NCBI GenBank assembly: GCA_964016885.1
Contig: OZ024752.1
Coordinates: forward strand, 33,294,001-33,358,000
Direction: 5' to 3'
DNA: 64,000 nucleotides
Origin: Eledone cirrhosa
Taxonomy: Eukaryota
Below, piece after piece: positions 14,139 to 28,415 of this stretch. The position numbers and the translations under genes are program-made. A model generated the notes under the pieces. The model had not been told where the DNA came from. It saw nothing but the letters and a program-made list of their open reading frames with translations, and did not search any database. The stretch's first letter is position 1. Every line of letters starts with the position of its first letter.

Positions 14139-14445
14139 GTCTATGTACGTATATAATGTAGAATTGTATTGTAGCAAAATAATACATACCTTTCAGTAGC
14201 AGACCGACTGATTCGTAAAGTTTCGACATTCTCCAAAATCAATCGCATGGAAAACCTGAAAACGAATAGTTTTCGCCGAAATATTGACAACGACGAAAAA
14301 ATGACTAAATATATAATGTGAGGTTTGCTGGTTGTCAAACTTATCTCTTACTGTCTGTCTTCTTGCTTCCTTCTCTTAGCTTGGCTGTCTACATCCGTAA
14401 TCTGCAACTAGTTTTAGGATCCGCATGCGTAGTCTACTTACTGAA

Positions 14446-15235
14446 TGGTTGGTAGGTTGGCTGGCTGGCTGGTTGGTTGGTAGGCTGGTTGGTGGGTTGG
14501 TAGGCTGGCTGGTTGGTTGGCAGGTAAGGTTGGCTGGCTGGTTGGTATTTTGACTGGCGGTTGGTCGGCTGGTCGGTTGGCTGGCTGGTTGGTAGGCTGG
14601 CTGGTATGTTGGTAGGTTGGTCGATTGGCTGGTTGGCTGGCTGGTTGGTAATTGGCTGGCGGTTGGTAGGCTGGTCGGTTGGCTGGCTGGTTGGTTGGCT
14701 GGTTGATTGGTAGGCTGGTCGGTTGGCTGGTTGGTTGGCAGGTAGGGTTGGCTGGCTGGTTGGTTGGTAGGTTGGTAGGTTGGTTGGCTGGCTGGTTGGT
14801 AATTGGCTGGCGGTTGGTAGGCTGGTCGGTTGGTTGGCTGGTCGGTTGGTTGGCTGGTCGGTTGGATGGTTGGTTGGCAGGTTGGTTGGCTGGCTGGTTG
14901 GTAATTGGCTGGCGATTGGTAGGCTGGTCGGTTGGCTGGCTGACGGGTTGGTTGGTTGGCTGGCGGGTTGGCTGGCTGGTTGGTAGGTTGGTAGGTTGGG
15001 TGGTTGGTTGGCTGGCGGGCTGATTGGTAAATTGGTTGGTTGGTAGGCTGGCTGGTTGGTTTGTTGGTTGATAGGTTAATTGTAAGGCTGATTGGTTGGT
15101 AGATTGGTTGGCTGGCTGGTTAGCTGGCTGGTAGATTTGTTGGTATGCTGGCTGGTTGGTAGATTGGCTGTTACAGTGGTTTGTTGGTTGGCTGGTTGGT
15201 AGATTGGTTGTTAGGCTGGTTGGTTGGCTGGTTGT
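14446..15235. repeat. (TTGG/CTGG/TAGG)n degenerate tetranucleotide array
   Basis: G-rich, strand-asymmetric simple repeat. Confidence 0.95.
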
Positions 15236-15264
15236 AAGGCCAGTGTGTTTGTATGCAAGTATAA

Positions 15265-16626
15265 GGGCGGTGGATTAGAAGTATCAGTAGAGGGTCGGAC
15301 ACCATGATTTCTAACAGAGTTACGGCCCTTGCTATTCTGAGTTCAAATCCCGCTGAGGTTAACTTTGCCTTTCATTCTTATGGGGTCGATAAAATAAAGT
15401 ACCAGTAATGCACTGGAGTAATTTCTGGCCTTGTTCCAATAGTAGAAACAATTATGTGTAACTTTGTTGTCGTGAAAGTCGATTTCTTTTTGGATCTAGA
15501 TGAATATAATTGTTTCTACTTTTGGCACAAGGCCAGCCATTACCCAGCGCATTACTGGTACTTTACTTTATCGACCCCGTAAGGATGAAAGGCAAAGTTA
15601 ACCTCGGCGGGATTTGAACTCAGAATGGCAAGGGCCGTAACTCTATGCGTCAAAGCATGGCATCCAATGGTGATGGTGATGGTGATGATGATGATGTTAA
15701 TGATGATGGTAGAGATGATGTTAATCATGGTGATGATGATGATGATGATGATGATGACAGCCATCATTCCCAGAATGGTAAATTCAGAACCAATAATACA
15801 CTGGAGTCAATTTAATCAACTTTACCTTTAACAAAATCTGAGCCCCTTTTGGCCATGCTAGAAATCATCGGTGGATTGGCAGTATCAGTAGAGGGTCAGA
15901 CGCCATGCTTTGCAGCATAGAGTTACGGCCCTTTACGGTCTGAGTTCAAATCCCACCAAGGATAACTTTGTCTTTCATCATCCTTTCGGGGTCAATAAAA
16001 TAAAGTACCAGTAATGCACTAAGATAATTTCTGGCCTTGTCCCAAAAGAAGAAACAATTATTATTTTCAGGGCAGTGGATTAGCAGTAAAACTGGTAGAG
16101 CGTCAGACAACATGTTTCATGGCATTTAGTTATGGCCCTTTACGTTCTGAGTTCAAATTCCACAGATCTTAGCTTTGCGTTCCAACTTTACAGGGCCAAT
16201 AAAATAAAGTACTAGTAATGCACTGGGGGTCAATTTAATTGACTTTCCCCTCCCCTAAAATTGTTGGCTTTGCGCCTAAATCAGAAACCATTATTATTCT
16301 TATAAGGGCGGTGAACTGGCAGTATCGGTAGAGGGTTGGACGCCATGCTTTCTAGCATAGAGTTACGTCCCTTTACAGTCTGAGTTCAAATCCCGCCGAG
16401 GTTAACTTTGCCTTTCATCCTTACGGGGTCGATAAAATAAAGTACCAGTAATGTACTGGGTAATTGTTGGCCTTGTGCCAAACCTAAAGAAGAAACAATT
16501 ATTCTTATAAGGGTGGTGTATTGGCAGTAATCAGTAGAGAGTCAGACACCATGCTTTACAGCATAGAGTTATGGCCCTTTACGTTGGGTTCAAATCCCGC
16601 CAAAGTTAGCTTTGCCTTTCATCCTT
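15265..16626. mobile_element. Cluster of about six tRNA-derived SINE family A copies (five +, one - at ~15510-15667)
   Basis: ggcggtggattggcagtatcggtagag...gagttcaaatcccgccgaggttaactttgcctttcatccttacggggtcgataaaataaagtaccag...tagaaacaatta. Further copies near 20.8, 21.7, 23.4-23.8, 26.0, 26.7, 30.2, 47.2, 49.7, 50.3, 54.7, 55.7, 57.3 and 57.6 kb. Confidence 0.9.
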
Positions 16627-16962
16627 CATTTTTTCATTTTACGTCCGCTTTTTCCCTGCTTGCAAGGGTGGGACAGGAACTGATTCTGGCTTGATTTCTA
16701 CAGCTGGATGCCCTTCCTAACACCAACCTCATTTACAGTGAGTGCTGGGTGCTTTTTAGCTGTGGCACCTCCACGACCACTTTGCAGTGGAATGATATGG
16801 ACCCCAGTACCTATCATCTCATTTCTACAGCTGAGTAAACTGGAGCAATGTGAAATAAAGTGTCTTGCTCAAGGAAACAACACATCACCCGGTCTGAGAA
16901 TTGAACTCACAACCTTTCGATTGCAAGGCCAATGCTCTAACCACTAAGCCATGTGCCTCCAT
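16627..16962 (-). mobile_element. Full-length tRNA-derived SINE family B (CORE-like domain plus RTE-type tail)
   Basis: Near-identical to 43155-43498, 53107-53450 and 57766-58102; A/B boxes, ccttgagcaagacact core, tail ending in ATG-type repeats. Confidence 0.9.
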
Positions 16963-17222
16963 TACAGGGTATATTATCATAAAGGAAAAATGTAACCTAA
17001 CAGATCCTCTCCTATCATCAATTTTATCCAGTGGGATATATCCATGAAAGTTCTACCTGCCCAGCCTTCTTATCAAGAAAACCTAGGACATATACCCGAG
17101 TCTAAACCAGAGATATTTGCCCCTGGCAATGGTTAAGAAAGAAAGAGGATCACACTGTTAGTCTTTCTGTTCACGTGATGTCGCTGAGCCCTGTACTTCT
17201 GGCAAGGGACACAGCGATGTCA

Positions 17223-17447
17223 TTAAACCTTTAGCATTTACATTACTCTATATTTACTATTGCATTTTTGTGGTAAAGACTTTATCTTACATAATTATCT
17301 CACATACCAATTCTATGAGATTTTGGTATTATTTATTTTGAGAACAATACCTTAACACCAGTATGAGCAGCCAGTTACAACCAGTTTGAACAGAAAGAGG
17401 TGAGGGAATTCTGACCGATACAGTTGGTTTAAATGCTAAAGGATTAA
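17223..17447 (+). mobile_element. piggyBac-like MITE (TTAA-flanked)
   Basis: ttaaacctttagcattta...taaatgctaaaggattaa; other copies at ~22864-23070, ~23870-24088, 39806-42462, ~46244-46387 and 60697-60911. Confidence 0.8.
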
Positions 17448-18811
17448 ACCCCATACTTGCAGCAAAGCACCCACCATCACCATATCCCAAAGATCACCCT
17501 CACACCATGTCAAAGTCCACTAGCTACATAGGTAGATGTCGCTCCTGGTGTAACCTCTGCAAGGCTAGAGTGCTGTTGACATCCTCTCCTTCATCATCAT
17601 CCAACAAGCCAAGTCCAGGACATGACACAGTATTCCATCCACGGACACACTGTTTTGAGAATTCACAGTTGTTGCAACTTCATTTTCAACTCAGCAGTAA
17701 GGTCTCCCAGAATTCCCAGGCCACACTTTATCATCTCTGCTGCTTCTTTCCATCCACTCTCTCCTCTCATCAATGATCACTGATTCCACCTAAGTACAGT
17801 GGCCGAATTGCTTAAAATCCTGATAGTGTGCAGACCCCATCTCATGGCCAGATTCACTCCCTTCAGCATGGTATCCAATTTGGCCACAATGTGGTTGCAG
17901 TTGGTCCTTCTTAATAAGCGAGGTTGCGCCCTCTACCACTATCGCTATACTACTGGCATTGCATTATATATGGGCCAACCCTAAGTAGATGAACTTCACA
18001 AAGATGACCCAGGATTGAGAAAACTGGTGATACTCCATAATAACATGGGTAACTCGCCCTCCGCTACAAATGGAATGAAGCAACACAAGGAAGATAGCTA
18101 ATCACCAACTTTCAACCACCGTAAACCTAAAGAAGCAGAGATGTGGTACAACAGTTACCACCACCCCCAGTATACTCCTGAATCCCCTGCCAGCATGCCC
18201 TTTCTCCACCCTAAAGCCATTGGTTACAATTTTCTAATGGATCAATCGTTCATTAGTTGCACTTTTAACAGCTAGTCACAAAGGACTTCATTTCTAATAC
18301 AGTTTTGTTTTCCATGGTTTTTATATCCTTCAAATATACCAATATATATATATGAGAGAGAAAGAGAGAGAGAGAACAGGTTGGTTTCTGCAGTCTCCAT
18401 CTACCAAATTCCGCTCACAAGGTTTAAGTCAACCTGCAGCTTTAGTAGCCAACACTTACCAATGTGCCATAGAATGGGATCAGCCATAAAACTAAGGGAC
18501 TGAGAAACCAGTTTTTATGTTCTATGGTCAAAGCAATAAACAGAACGACAGAATACAAAACCGTGATTTTGACCCTTGTATAAAACAAAAAAAAAGACTC
18601 TTATTCAATAGAACTGTTAAGAATTTTATCTAAAAGGAATGAAAGTAGAGAAGCAGTGATGGTATGTGATGGTAAGTAAAGATTTTATTTCAATAAATGT
18701 CAAAACAGGTGAGATTATTAAGAAAATTCACTATTGACAGTTGGACCGCCGAGATGCTTTGATCATTAGATACTGATTATAACATGATGAAGAAGAGCAA
18801 AGATTAAGAAA

Positions 18812-18986
18812 TTAGGGTACTGCATCAAGATAGTCTTTCACTTCAGAGGGGTCAATACGGCGGAACCCGTCAGCATTACAAATTCCAATTTCTATATTGC
18901 TTTCTGTCATCTGTCCCTCGAAGCTTTCCTTCAATGTTAAGATAGCTACATGTACAGCATCTTCAAGTTCCAAATTTTCATTATAC
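18812..18986 (-). CDS. PSMA2: Proteasome subunit alpha type-2, last coding exon (7)
   Basis: [59 protein letters not shown] acceptor. Confidence 0.97.
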
Positions 18987-19053
18987 CTAGAAGTAAAACA
19001 AACATTCACTTTATTAAAATTTAAACAGTTTAGGTATAAGAAAAAAAAAAAAT

Positions 19054-19235
19054 GTTCTCAAGAGCTTGTATGAAGATTTCTCAAATGGTTATCATAATCG
19101 TTTACTGTTATGGTATGGCATGGTTCTGAAACTCCTGATGGTGTTTCTTGGGTATTTTAATCCTGGCAGAGCACATCTCACTCCAGGTCTGAACACAGCA
19201 GATTTCTTCCAGAGAAAGATAGAAAGTGAGAAAGT
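19054..19235 (+). repeat. Unclassified dispersed repeat (second copy inverted at ~46810-47010)
   Basis: tgtttcttgggtattttaatcctggcagagc...cagatttcttccagag matches the reverse complement of ~46835-46910. Confidence 0.6.
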
Positions 19236-19455
19236 GATGTCAAACTGAGGGTCCCCCCCCCCCCCCCCCAAGAGCCACACACGACAACTAATATTTTTTA
19301 TTTTATATTACGCTCGCGCTGTAAAAACCTAGGTGCGGGCCGCGGGTGTGCTTGTAAAGGGCCACACGTTTGACATGTCTGATATAGAGGAAGAATCGAT
19401 CCCAGTTTTAAAAATACCTCTTGATCTAAAATAGATGCAAATCTAAAATACTGAC

Positions 19456-19529
19456 CTTTTTTCAAGAAAAGTCTTCCCATTCACATAATTTTTACCCATT
19501 GCTGTTGCCTTCCATGCAAAATATGCTCC
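19456..19529 (-). CDS. PSMA2: PSMA2 exon 6
   Basis: GAYFAWKATAMGKNYVNGKTFLEKR, AG/GT boundaries. Confidence 0.97.
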
Positions 19530-20629
19530 CTATTGAAGGAAAAAGAAACAAATGATCAGTTTTTATAATTAGTTTGTGCAATAAATTCTCACACATTTTA
19601 CACAACAGATACTACAATTGTATGATTGTTATTAGCCTATACTGTTACTAGTCAAAAACAATGTTGATGGTTTTTTTTCCCCTCTTTTTTAGAATACAAA
19701 AATGGAATTTAAATTATGACATACCATAAAGACAATAAACAAACAAAATAAAATCTAACAACACTTTTTAGTCCTTTTATTACCATTTCTATTTAGCTTT
19801 TTCAATATTTATGCGGTATTTTGATCAAAACTTAAGCATTCTTACACAAAATTGTGATGGAAGGTTTTCAAATAAATATAAATACTTTAAAATAAACAAT
19901 ATGGCAGAATTGAGGGCAGTCTCAGGTGGTTTGGTAACAAAAAAATTAACAATAAAAAACAATTCTTTAGCTTCCTCTTTCAGAACTTGTTTCAGTCTTT
20001 TTCATTTTCTTACACATCAGCAGCTCTCACCTTTCATTTCATTCTCAATAGTTGTCTTATTTTAAAGTTACATACAGACAACTGATTTTATTCAAGTATT
20101 TTAAGGCCAGTTTCCCTGTTAAAGCTGAGTTAATTGTGCAGGCCCTCTGGGGTCATTTTTTGGAGGCAGTGCTTCTCAGATGAATGCCCTTACTGGTACT
20201 AACAATTTTAGTCACCTTTTACACCATGCAGGGATAATGGTGTCATCATTATTGTCAATTAACGCTCATTTTCCACATTTGCTTGGGTTAGATGGGTTGT
20301 CAAGTGACCCGCATCTTGTTCAAACAGATCTGTATTTTGACTTGGTCTCTACAGCTGGATGCCCTTCTTATCACCATTATGTTTATCGTGTGTAGATCAC
20401 CAACCCTAGAGAGGCCGTCATATCCTTGACACAACTGAGGGTCCTCCCAACCATTAGTTTGGCAAGATTTCTATAGCTGAATGCTCTTCCTATTACCAAC
20501 ACAAGGGAGGCTGTCATATCCTTGACATAGCTGAAGGTCGCCCCAACCATTAGTTTGGCAAGATTTCTATAGCTGGATGCCCTTTCTATCACCAACAACT
20601 GTTATCAAAAGAATACGTTAAATACTCAC

Positions 20630-20717
20630 TGATGGATCACATTGATATAAATATGGCTTCTTTTCATCTTCATCCCAGCCAGCTACTAGAAGAGAAACAC
20701 CAAATGGACGAACACCG
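20630..20717 (-). CDS. PSMA2: PSMA2 exon 5
   Basis: [33 protein letters not shown] boundaries. Confidence 0.97.
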
Positions 20718-22604
20718 CTGCAATATAAACAATATTCATAGTTTAATTTCTAAGATAGACCAATGATCATTATTATTATTAATCAACCCCATAAGGATGA
20801 AAGACAAAGTTAACCTCGGCGGTCTGAGTTCAAATCCCGCCAAAGTTAACTTTGCCTTTCATCCTTACAGGGTCGATAAAATAAAGCACCAGTAATGCAC
20901 TGGGGTAATTGCTGGCCTTGTGCCAAAAGTAGAAACAATTATTATTATTAATCACTAAAATCACATACTTCTCTTCATCATCACCAACGTCTATTTTTCC
21001 ACACTAGCATTCAGATGAGGTAACCCACATCTTGCTCATACAGAACTGTACTTTGACTTGGTTCCTACAACTGAATGCCCTTCCTAATGCCAACCACATT
21101 ACAGTGTAGACTGGGTAATTTTTATCATGGCACCAAAACGACCATCTGACAAGGTGAACTGGGTGTGTTTTCGTCAATGTGTCACCAGCATGACCACCTT
21201 ACAGCGTGGACTGGGTGCTATATGTAATGTCACCAGTATCACCTTACAGAGTGGACTGGGTGCTTTGTTGTTATAGCACCAGATCATGATATAGGGTGGA
21301 CATTGTGCATTCTTTTTTAATCACACACTTCTATTTTCTAGAAACCATATATACTTAATCTTTATAAATTCTCTAATACATTCTTCTAAGTCCATAAAAA
21401 CCCTTCTCTCTCTCTATAAGTAAATATCCTTTAACACAATAGTTGTATGAAGAAGACAGTGCTCTATATTTTCTCTCTCTCTCTCTCCTATTTCAAGTGA
21501 GCAGCATCTGAGCTTCTGATGCTTTGATAGTAATCAAGCTACATAGAATTGTGCTATGGATTGGCAGATTCAGAAGAAAATTAAGATATGCAGCTTATCA
21601 AAATAATTACCATTACATAATTGTTTATCACTAAAATCACAAACTTTTGATTCTCTCAATTTCTAGAAGCTTGTGGTATTTAATAATTGTTTCTACTTTT
21701 TGGTACAAGGCCAGCAATTACCCAGTGCATTACTGGTACTTTATTTTATCGACCCCGTAAGGATGAAAGGCAAAGTTAACCTCGGCGGGATTTGAACTCA
21801 GAATGGCAAGGGCCGTAACTCTATACGTTAAAGCATGGCGTCCGACCCTCTACTGATACTGCCAATCCACTGCCCTATTGTGGTATTTAATATTTTTTAA
21901 GCAGTAACCGCTTTCTATGAAATCCCTCAAATTATAAATCAATATAAATTTATCAAGAAGCACAATGGTTGTACTGATCACAAGGTCAGATATTAAAACT
22001 TTATAAAAGCAGTGCCTTAGCATGGCTGCAACCTGTCGACTTGTGTAGTGCTCTCAGAACAAGGGGACATAACTCTGCATATTTATAACACTGACATGAT
22101 AAGTTTATTTCAAATACAGTAATATAGTTAATATGAAGCATTGCGAGATAAGTAATTAATAACTGATAAGTTTCAGAATGTGGTAGAAAAAAAGGTAATA
22201 ACCCTGAAATATCATGTTGAAATATACTGGGTAAAACATTACTTTGTTTTGTTTTATTTGTCATCCTTTTCCCTGTATACATTTCTAGCACATTGTACTG
22301 GCTTTCTGGAACTTATCAGTCATTTATTTCCAATGTTTTCAACATCAAAAATAACCACCGAAGGGTTTAAATGCAATGACTATAACAACATATTTAGAGG
22401 TTGAGTAACATTACTTTCTAGTTGAGCAAGCGAGAGAAACAATTTTAAATATTATTACATATTAGGCTTCTAACCTTCAACATACTGCATCTAGCTGGAA
22501 ATTAATTAATTAAGCATGCAAACATGTAAAAATATGCAAAACAATGAAAGAAAAATATTTCTTAAAAAGTAATTTGTAATTTGTTTTTAAATTCACATTA
22601 CTCA

Positions 22605-22748
<144 letters not shown>

Positions 22749-23251
22749 TTAAATAGAAACACAGGATTTAAGTAGAAGTAAATGTCTATCTTTAGTTTAT
22801 CTGAGAAAATTTGCTTTAATCTTAGTCAACAACTGCTTTTATATTTAAGTAAGAAATCATTTATTAACCCTTTCGTATTTATATATACTATTGTATTTTT
22901 GTGAAAAAGGCTTTATCTTACATAATTATCTCACATAATATCGAATCTATGAGATTTTGATGTTATTTATTTTGAGAATACCTTAACATTGGTGTGAGTA
23001 GCCAGTTACAGGTTTGAACAGGTAAGAGAATTCTGGCTAGATATGGCTGGTTAAAATGCTAAAGGGTTAAACATGAAAAATGTCAAATCTTGATAAAAAA
23101 ATTTAAAAAAGCAACATTAGATGTTAGAAAAGATTACTGGAAGGAGGTAAATTATATCCTTTTAATGCCAGATGAAAATCTAACTGAAAAGTGAATTCAT
23201 TAAGATTAATGAATTTTTTTAAGAGCTCTGTTAGTGTAAATATTTATTTAC

Positions 23252-23384
23252 CTATAGTCAGGCCCCATTCCACTGTATACCATTCCAATATTCTTTGTCA
23301 AGCATTCCACCTTATGAATGCTATGTTCTTCATACAAGATAGATTTTTGCTTTTTCTCGGTAGCCAAAACTACACCATTGGAAG
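23252..23384 (-). CDS. PSMA2: PSMA2 exon 3
   Basis: [44 protein letters not shown]. Confidence 0.97.
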
Positions 23385-24430
23385 CTGGATATTTAGAAAA
23401 GAAAAGAAAAATCTTTAAAATATAATTGTTTCTACTTTAGGCACAAGGCCAGCAATTACCAGTGCATTACTGGTACTTTATTTTATCGACCCCGTAAGGA
23501 TGAAAGGCAAAGTCAACCTCGGCGGGATTTGAACTCAGATCGTAAAGGGACGTAACTATGCTGGAAAGCATGGCGTCCGACCCTCTACCGATACTGCCAT
23601 TCCACATGGTTTCTGATGTAGACACAAGGCCAACAATTTGGGGAAGGGGGGGGTGACTAAATCAACCTCAGTATGTTACTGGTACTTTATTTTATCGCCT
23701 CCATTTTGGAGGAAAGACAAATCTAACCGTGGCAGGATGAAAAGGGCTGTAACTCTATACCGCAAAGCATGATATCCAACGCACTACCGATTGCACTAAC
23801 CCACTGACCTTCTTTGAAATATAATACTACTACTATTACTGGCTTTTTTGTTTTGTTTTATTTCACCCAACATTTACATTACTCTATATATACTATTGTA
23901 TTTTTATGGTAAAGGCTTTACCTTACATAATTATTTCATATAATATCGAATCAATGAGATTTTGATGTTATTTATTTTAAGAACAATACCTTAAGGTAAG
24001 TATGAGCAACTGGTTAGGACCAGTTTGAACAGAAACAGGTGAGAGAATTCTAGCTGGATATGGCCAGTTTAAATGCTAAAGGGTTAAATAATATCCAAAC
24101 TATATCTTTCATAGTCAATAAAAATATTAGTTATCTTTATATCTACCTACTAAAATATCAGATTAATAACAGCTTTTCTTGAATTTGATGACTATTTATA
24201 GTTAATTACAAGTGTTTTATGGTAACTTTTCCCTCCCAAAACTTTTAACTACCATAATCCCTTTTGGGATTATGCCATCCAAACATTGATGGCTTGGCTT
24301 ATACACAAGGTTTGGATTTTTTGCCCATTTCTCAGTCATAAACTAGGGGTCAGCTTATATTTGACTATATACAGTAGATTTATAAAAGACAATAATTCTA
24401 TTCCTGTAATATATAAAAGGAAATATTTCA

Positions 24431-24727
<297 letters not shown>

Positions 24728-24802
24728 TTAAAGATGTTTTACAATTGGGCTTTCACATTTAGGATGGTGTTAATGTACTGAACGACATCTTCTGAATGAT
24801 AT

Positions 24803-25476
24803 CGTCATCATCTTCATTTAACGTCCATCTTCCACGCTAGCATGGGTTAGACGGGAGTTGTCCCACTTGAGGCAAGCTTGGTTGGGTGACCGTGTCTCGC
24901 TCATATAGGACTATCTGGCAGGTTTTCTACGGATGGATGCCCTTCCTAACACCAATCACATTTACAGTGTGGAACTGGGAACTTTTTACCGTGTTACCTA
25001 CACGGCCACATTACAGCGTGGACTGTGTTTTTTTTTTGTCATGGCACCTACACAATCTCGATCTCATTATCTCATTTATTTGGACTGGATGTTGTGGTAC
25101 CAACTTTACAGAGAGAGGGTGGTGTTGGTGGGAGTGGGAGGATCGGATAGGGGTAGTGGATTGGGGTGTATATTTGGTTAAGAGGTTTCACTTTGTACAT
25201 AGACAAGGTGGGTCTTCTGCATTACTGTGTAGCGCCAAAGATCTCGGTCCAATGACATTGTCTTAGAGAGGAGCAAGTGTGTAAGGTCGGAATTTATCAA
25301 ATCGTCCCAGGTTTTTCTGGGTCTACCTACTCCATAACTACCATCAATTTTGATCGCCCTGCACTTTTTTATACAGCTGTCATTTTTCATGTGCATCACG
25401 TGACCATACCAACGTAGTCTTCTCTCAAGTAAACAGCATCTGATCCCTCTTATTCCTAATTTCTCACTTAGTTCAT
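24803..25476 (-). mobile_element. 3' end of RTE LINE with 3' UTR and tail
   Basis: WYGHVMHMKNDSCIKKCRAIKIDGSYGVGRPRKTWDDLINSDL matches the C-terminus of the 34-37 kb element. Confidence 0.9.
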
Positions 25477-28149
25477 GTGTAATGAATTCTTAATGAATTG
25501 AACTTTTCCTCTTAGTTAAGCAAAACATTTCCTGCAAAATTCCTAATTTCTTAAAATTAAACCCCCACTTACTAGCAATTGTTCAGATTTTTGTTTTCTT
25601 TCTCCAAAGAGGTAGCATTTTGTGTGTGTGTGTGTGTGTGTGTTTCATTTAGAATATCAGGCATATGACCTCGTGGTTAGAGATGATGATGAAGGAACAT
25701 GGTAAGTGGAGAGATGTTATGCTGAAAATGACCTGTCCAAACCATGCAAGCATGGAAAAACAGATGATGATGCAAGATGTTTCATTTCAAGTTGCTCTTC
25801 ATGATAAGACTGAGGCCCCTGTCGTTAAAACACCCAAGAAACAATCTTGTGTGGGGGCCAACTAAATCTGTAAATTTCATTTTTCATCTATCTGAATTAC
25901 CTAAACTAGGGTCATTATAACACAAGTTATTTACCCTAACTCACTTTTTTCTAATTATGCAAATTTATACTGGCCAAATTTGCTCACAACTCATTTACTA
26001 CCTGTAAAAATCTGTCTGTTGATGGCATCTAATAATGGTTTCTGATTTAGGCACAAGGCCAACAATTTTGAGGGAGGAGCTAATTGATTAAATCGACACC
26101 AGTGCATTACTGGTGCTTTATTTTATCGATCCCATAAGTATGAAAGGCAAAGGTAACTTGTGGGGTTAAAACTCAGAATCTAATAATACCAACACATCTA
26201 TAATTGTCACCTTGCCTGTTAATGAAAATTAGACTTCCCCCTAAGCTCTGTTAAAAGGATGGCAACAGCCATCTAAAAAACAGAGTAATGAGGCTGTTTG
26301 CTTGCAAATGAATCGAATATAATTATTATTTGATATAAAGCTCACAAATGCATTTACTTATTCTCTATGCTAGAGCGAAAAACTAAATTCTCATCATAAA
26401 AATTGAATTTCCTGTGAAATTAATTCTTAATTCCCTGAAATCATCTTCTCCCCACCTTTTTGAGAGTCTCCCACAATTACCACCAGGTTTTCTTTCTCCA
26501 ACTAAGAGGCAATTTTCAATTTATTAAGAATTATTTTTACATACGTCACTCTACCACTGAGCTGACAGTAGAACTTGGGAGGGAGGAATGGTGAGGCCAG
26601 ATCTTTTATGTTGGATCCCACAGACATGATGACAGAATGGAAAAGTAATAATCGACCATTCTATCAACCAATCCAATTCATGTGAATATGAAAAAGAAAA
26701 ATGGTTTTCTGATTTAGGCACAAGGCCAATAATTTTGGGGGAGGGGAAAGTCGATTAAATCGACCCAATTGCATGACAGATGCTTTATTTTATCGACCCT
26801 GTAAGAATGAAAGGCAGGGCGAACCTCGCCGGGATTCGAACTCAGAACGTAAAAGGCCGTAATTCCATACCGCAAAACGTTGTCCGACGCTCTACCGATT
26901 CAGCCAATCCACCCGCCTTGGGCATTAAATAATCGTGATGATATTTAGCACAATCTATCTACCAATTTGTTTTATGTTCCTGTTAGACACAAATAGGTTC
27001 TTCCAGAGAAATTATTTTGCGATAAAACCGATCTCATCTATATCTTACTGTTGTGGAAACCTAAGTTTTAGTGTGGAGCTCACAGATGTTATCATATAAG
27101 GATTAACGTATTAAACTTTCAATCATAGACTTTTGATAAGTTAAAAAATAATCACAAGCAATAATAAAATGAAAAAAAAAAAGAGTCATACAATAATCCT
27201 TCAATTGCAGTATTCCCCACCCAAATCACACTTCGTGTTTGCGGGATACTTACAAAAATAAATGTTTAAAAGAGGTGGGGGAAAGGGGGAAAAAAGGATT
27301 CAAACCATGCTGTTTGCTTAAGACATTTATTTTTGTAAGTATCCCCCATAACGAAGATTTTGATAAAAATCATTGACCTTTTTTACTTGTTCCCGAATAT
27401 ATTTGCATATATAGTGTCCTAAATACTGGTTTGCAATATATATATAGATTTTTTTTTTATAATGTGAATATGTATTTGAAATTAATTATGAGGGCAAAAA
27501 CAAAAATTCTAAAACAAACGAAAAATAGAAAATGTTTTAAAATTAACAATGTATAAATTGAAGCAATTACATCGTGGAAGAATTATTTTAACCATCTAAA
27601 AAAAAAAAAAAAAAAAAAAAAATTGGTTATATTCCCGTGTCATTTATTTCGTGAAATAAATGAAAATTTAATACAACAGATTTTGTGTTTTTTTAGATGG
27701 TTACAATGTCCCTTCCTAGATGTAATTATTTTAGTTCCCACACACGGTCGGTCCAAATCAATTCACCAAACTAAGTACACAATCCGAAATGTATAAATTA
27801 ATTAAGGTAAAATCAGTTGAAATCTGAGGTATTCGAGGAAATTTCACTAATTAACTTTATAACTTTCAAATGTTAACGATTCCTAAGTGCTATAATTAAA
27901 ACATACAAATATAAATAACAGTGAAATATGTTAAAATATGATAAAAGTGACAAAGACCGGTCATGCCGCCAATGGATGAGAAAGCAAAAAATGATTAAGT
28001 GGTTTAGGAACTTTGGAATTAAAATATATTTCAACGGAGTTCAGAAAAAAATAATCATCACAAAATACAGAAATTATATAGCATTTCTTAAAATAAAACG
28101 ATCAGCATTAAAAATGTAGTATAAACATATAAACATGTAAATATATTAC

Positions 28150-28187
28150 CTAAATGTTGTCAGGGAAAAACTATATCTTTCAGACAT
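28150..28187 (-). CDS. PSMA2: PSMA2 exon 1 (start codon)
   Basis: MSERYSFSLTTF(S), GT donor; the seven exons sum to 708 nt = 235 aa plus stop with consistent phases. Confidence 0.95.
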
Positions 28188-28415
28188 TTTGATAGCATAC
28201 AGTTATGAAACACATTTCATAGCCACAAATAATATTTAATAAAGACCAATAAAAAAAATATTAGAAACAGTTTTAATTACAAAATACATATATAATATTT
28301 ATTTAAATTTAAATTAATGTTTTTACTGATGTTCCTTTCTAATTTTATTTGTAGAAAATAATTATACGTTGCTAAAGTATATTTCTCACATTAGCTGGGT
28401 TGCACGGAAGACAAC
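28188..28415. promoter_or_regulatory. Putative bidirectional promoter / 5' UTRs of PSMA2 and MRPL32
   Basis: 228 bp between divergent ATGs; CGGAAG at ~28405. Confidence 0.7.

Noticed and set aside
14255-14295. cctgaaaacgaatagttttcgccgaaatattgac as a hammerhead
   Set aside because: The core is CUGAAAA rather than CUGANGA, and there is no valid NUH triplet or stem I.
14679-15023. Trp/Gly/Leu-rich membrane-protein-like ORF
   Set aside because: Translation of the (TTGG/CTGG)n simple repeat.
17450-18230. GC-richer non-repetitive-looking stretch downstream of PSMA2
   Set aside because: No recognisable protein motif or convincing splice sites; probably a decayed retroelement, but I cannot support a call.
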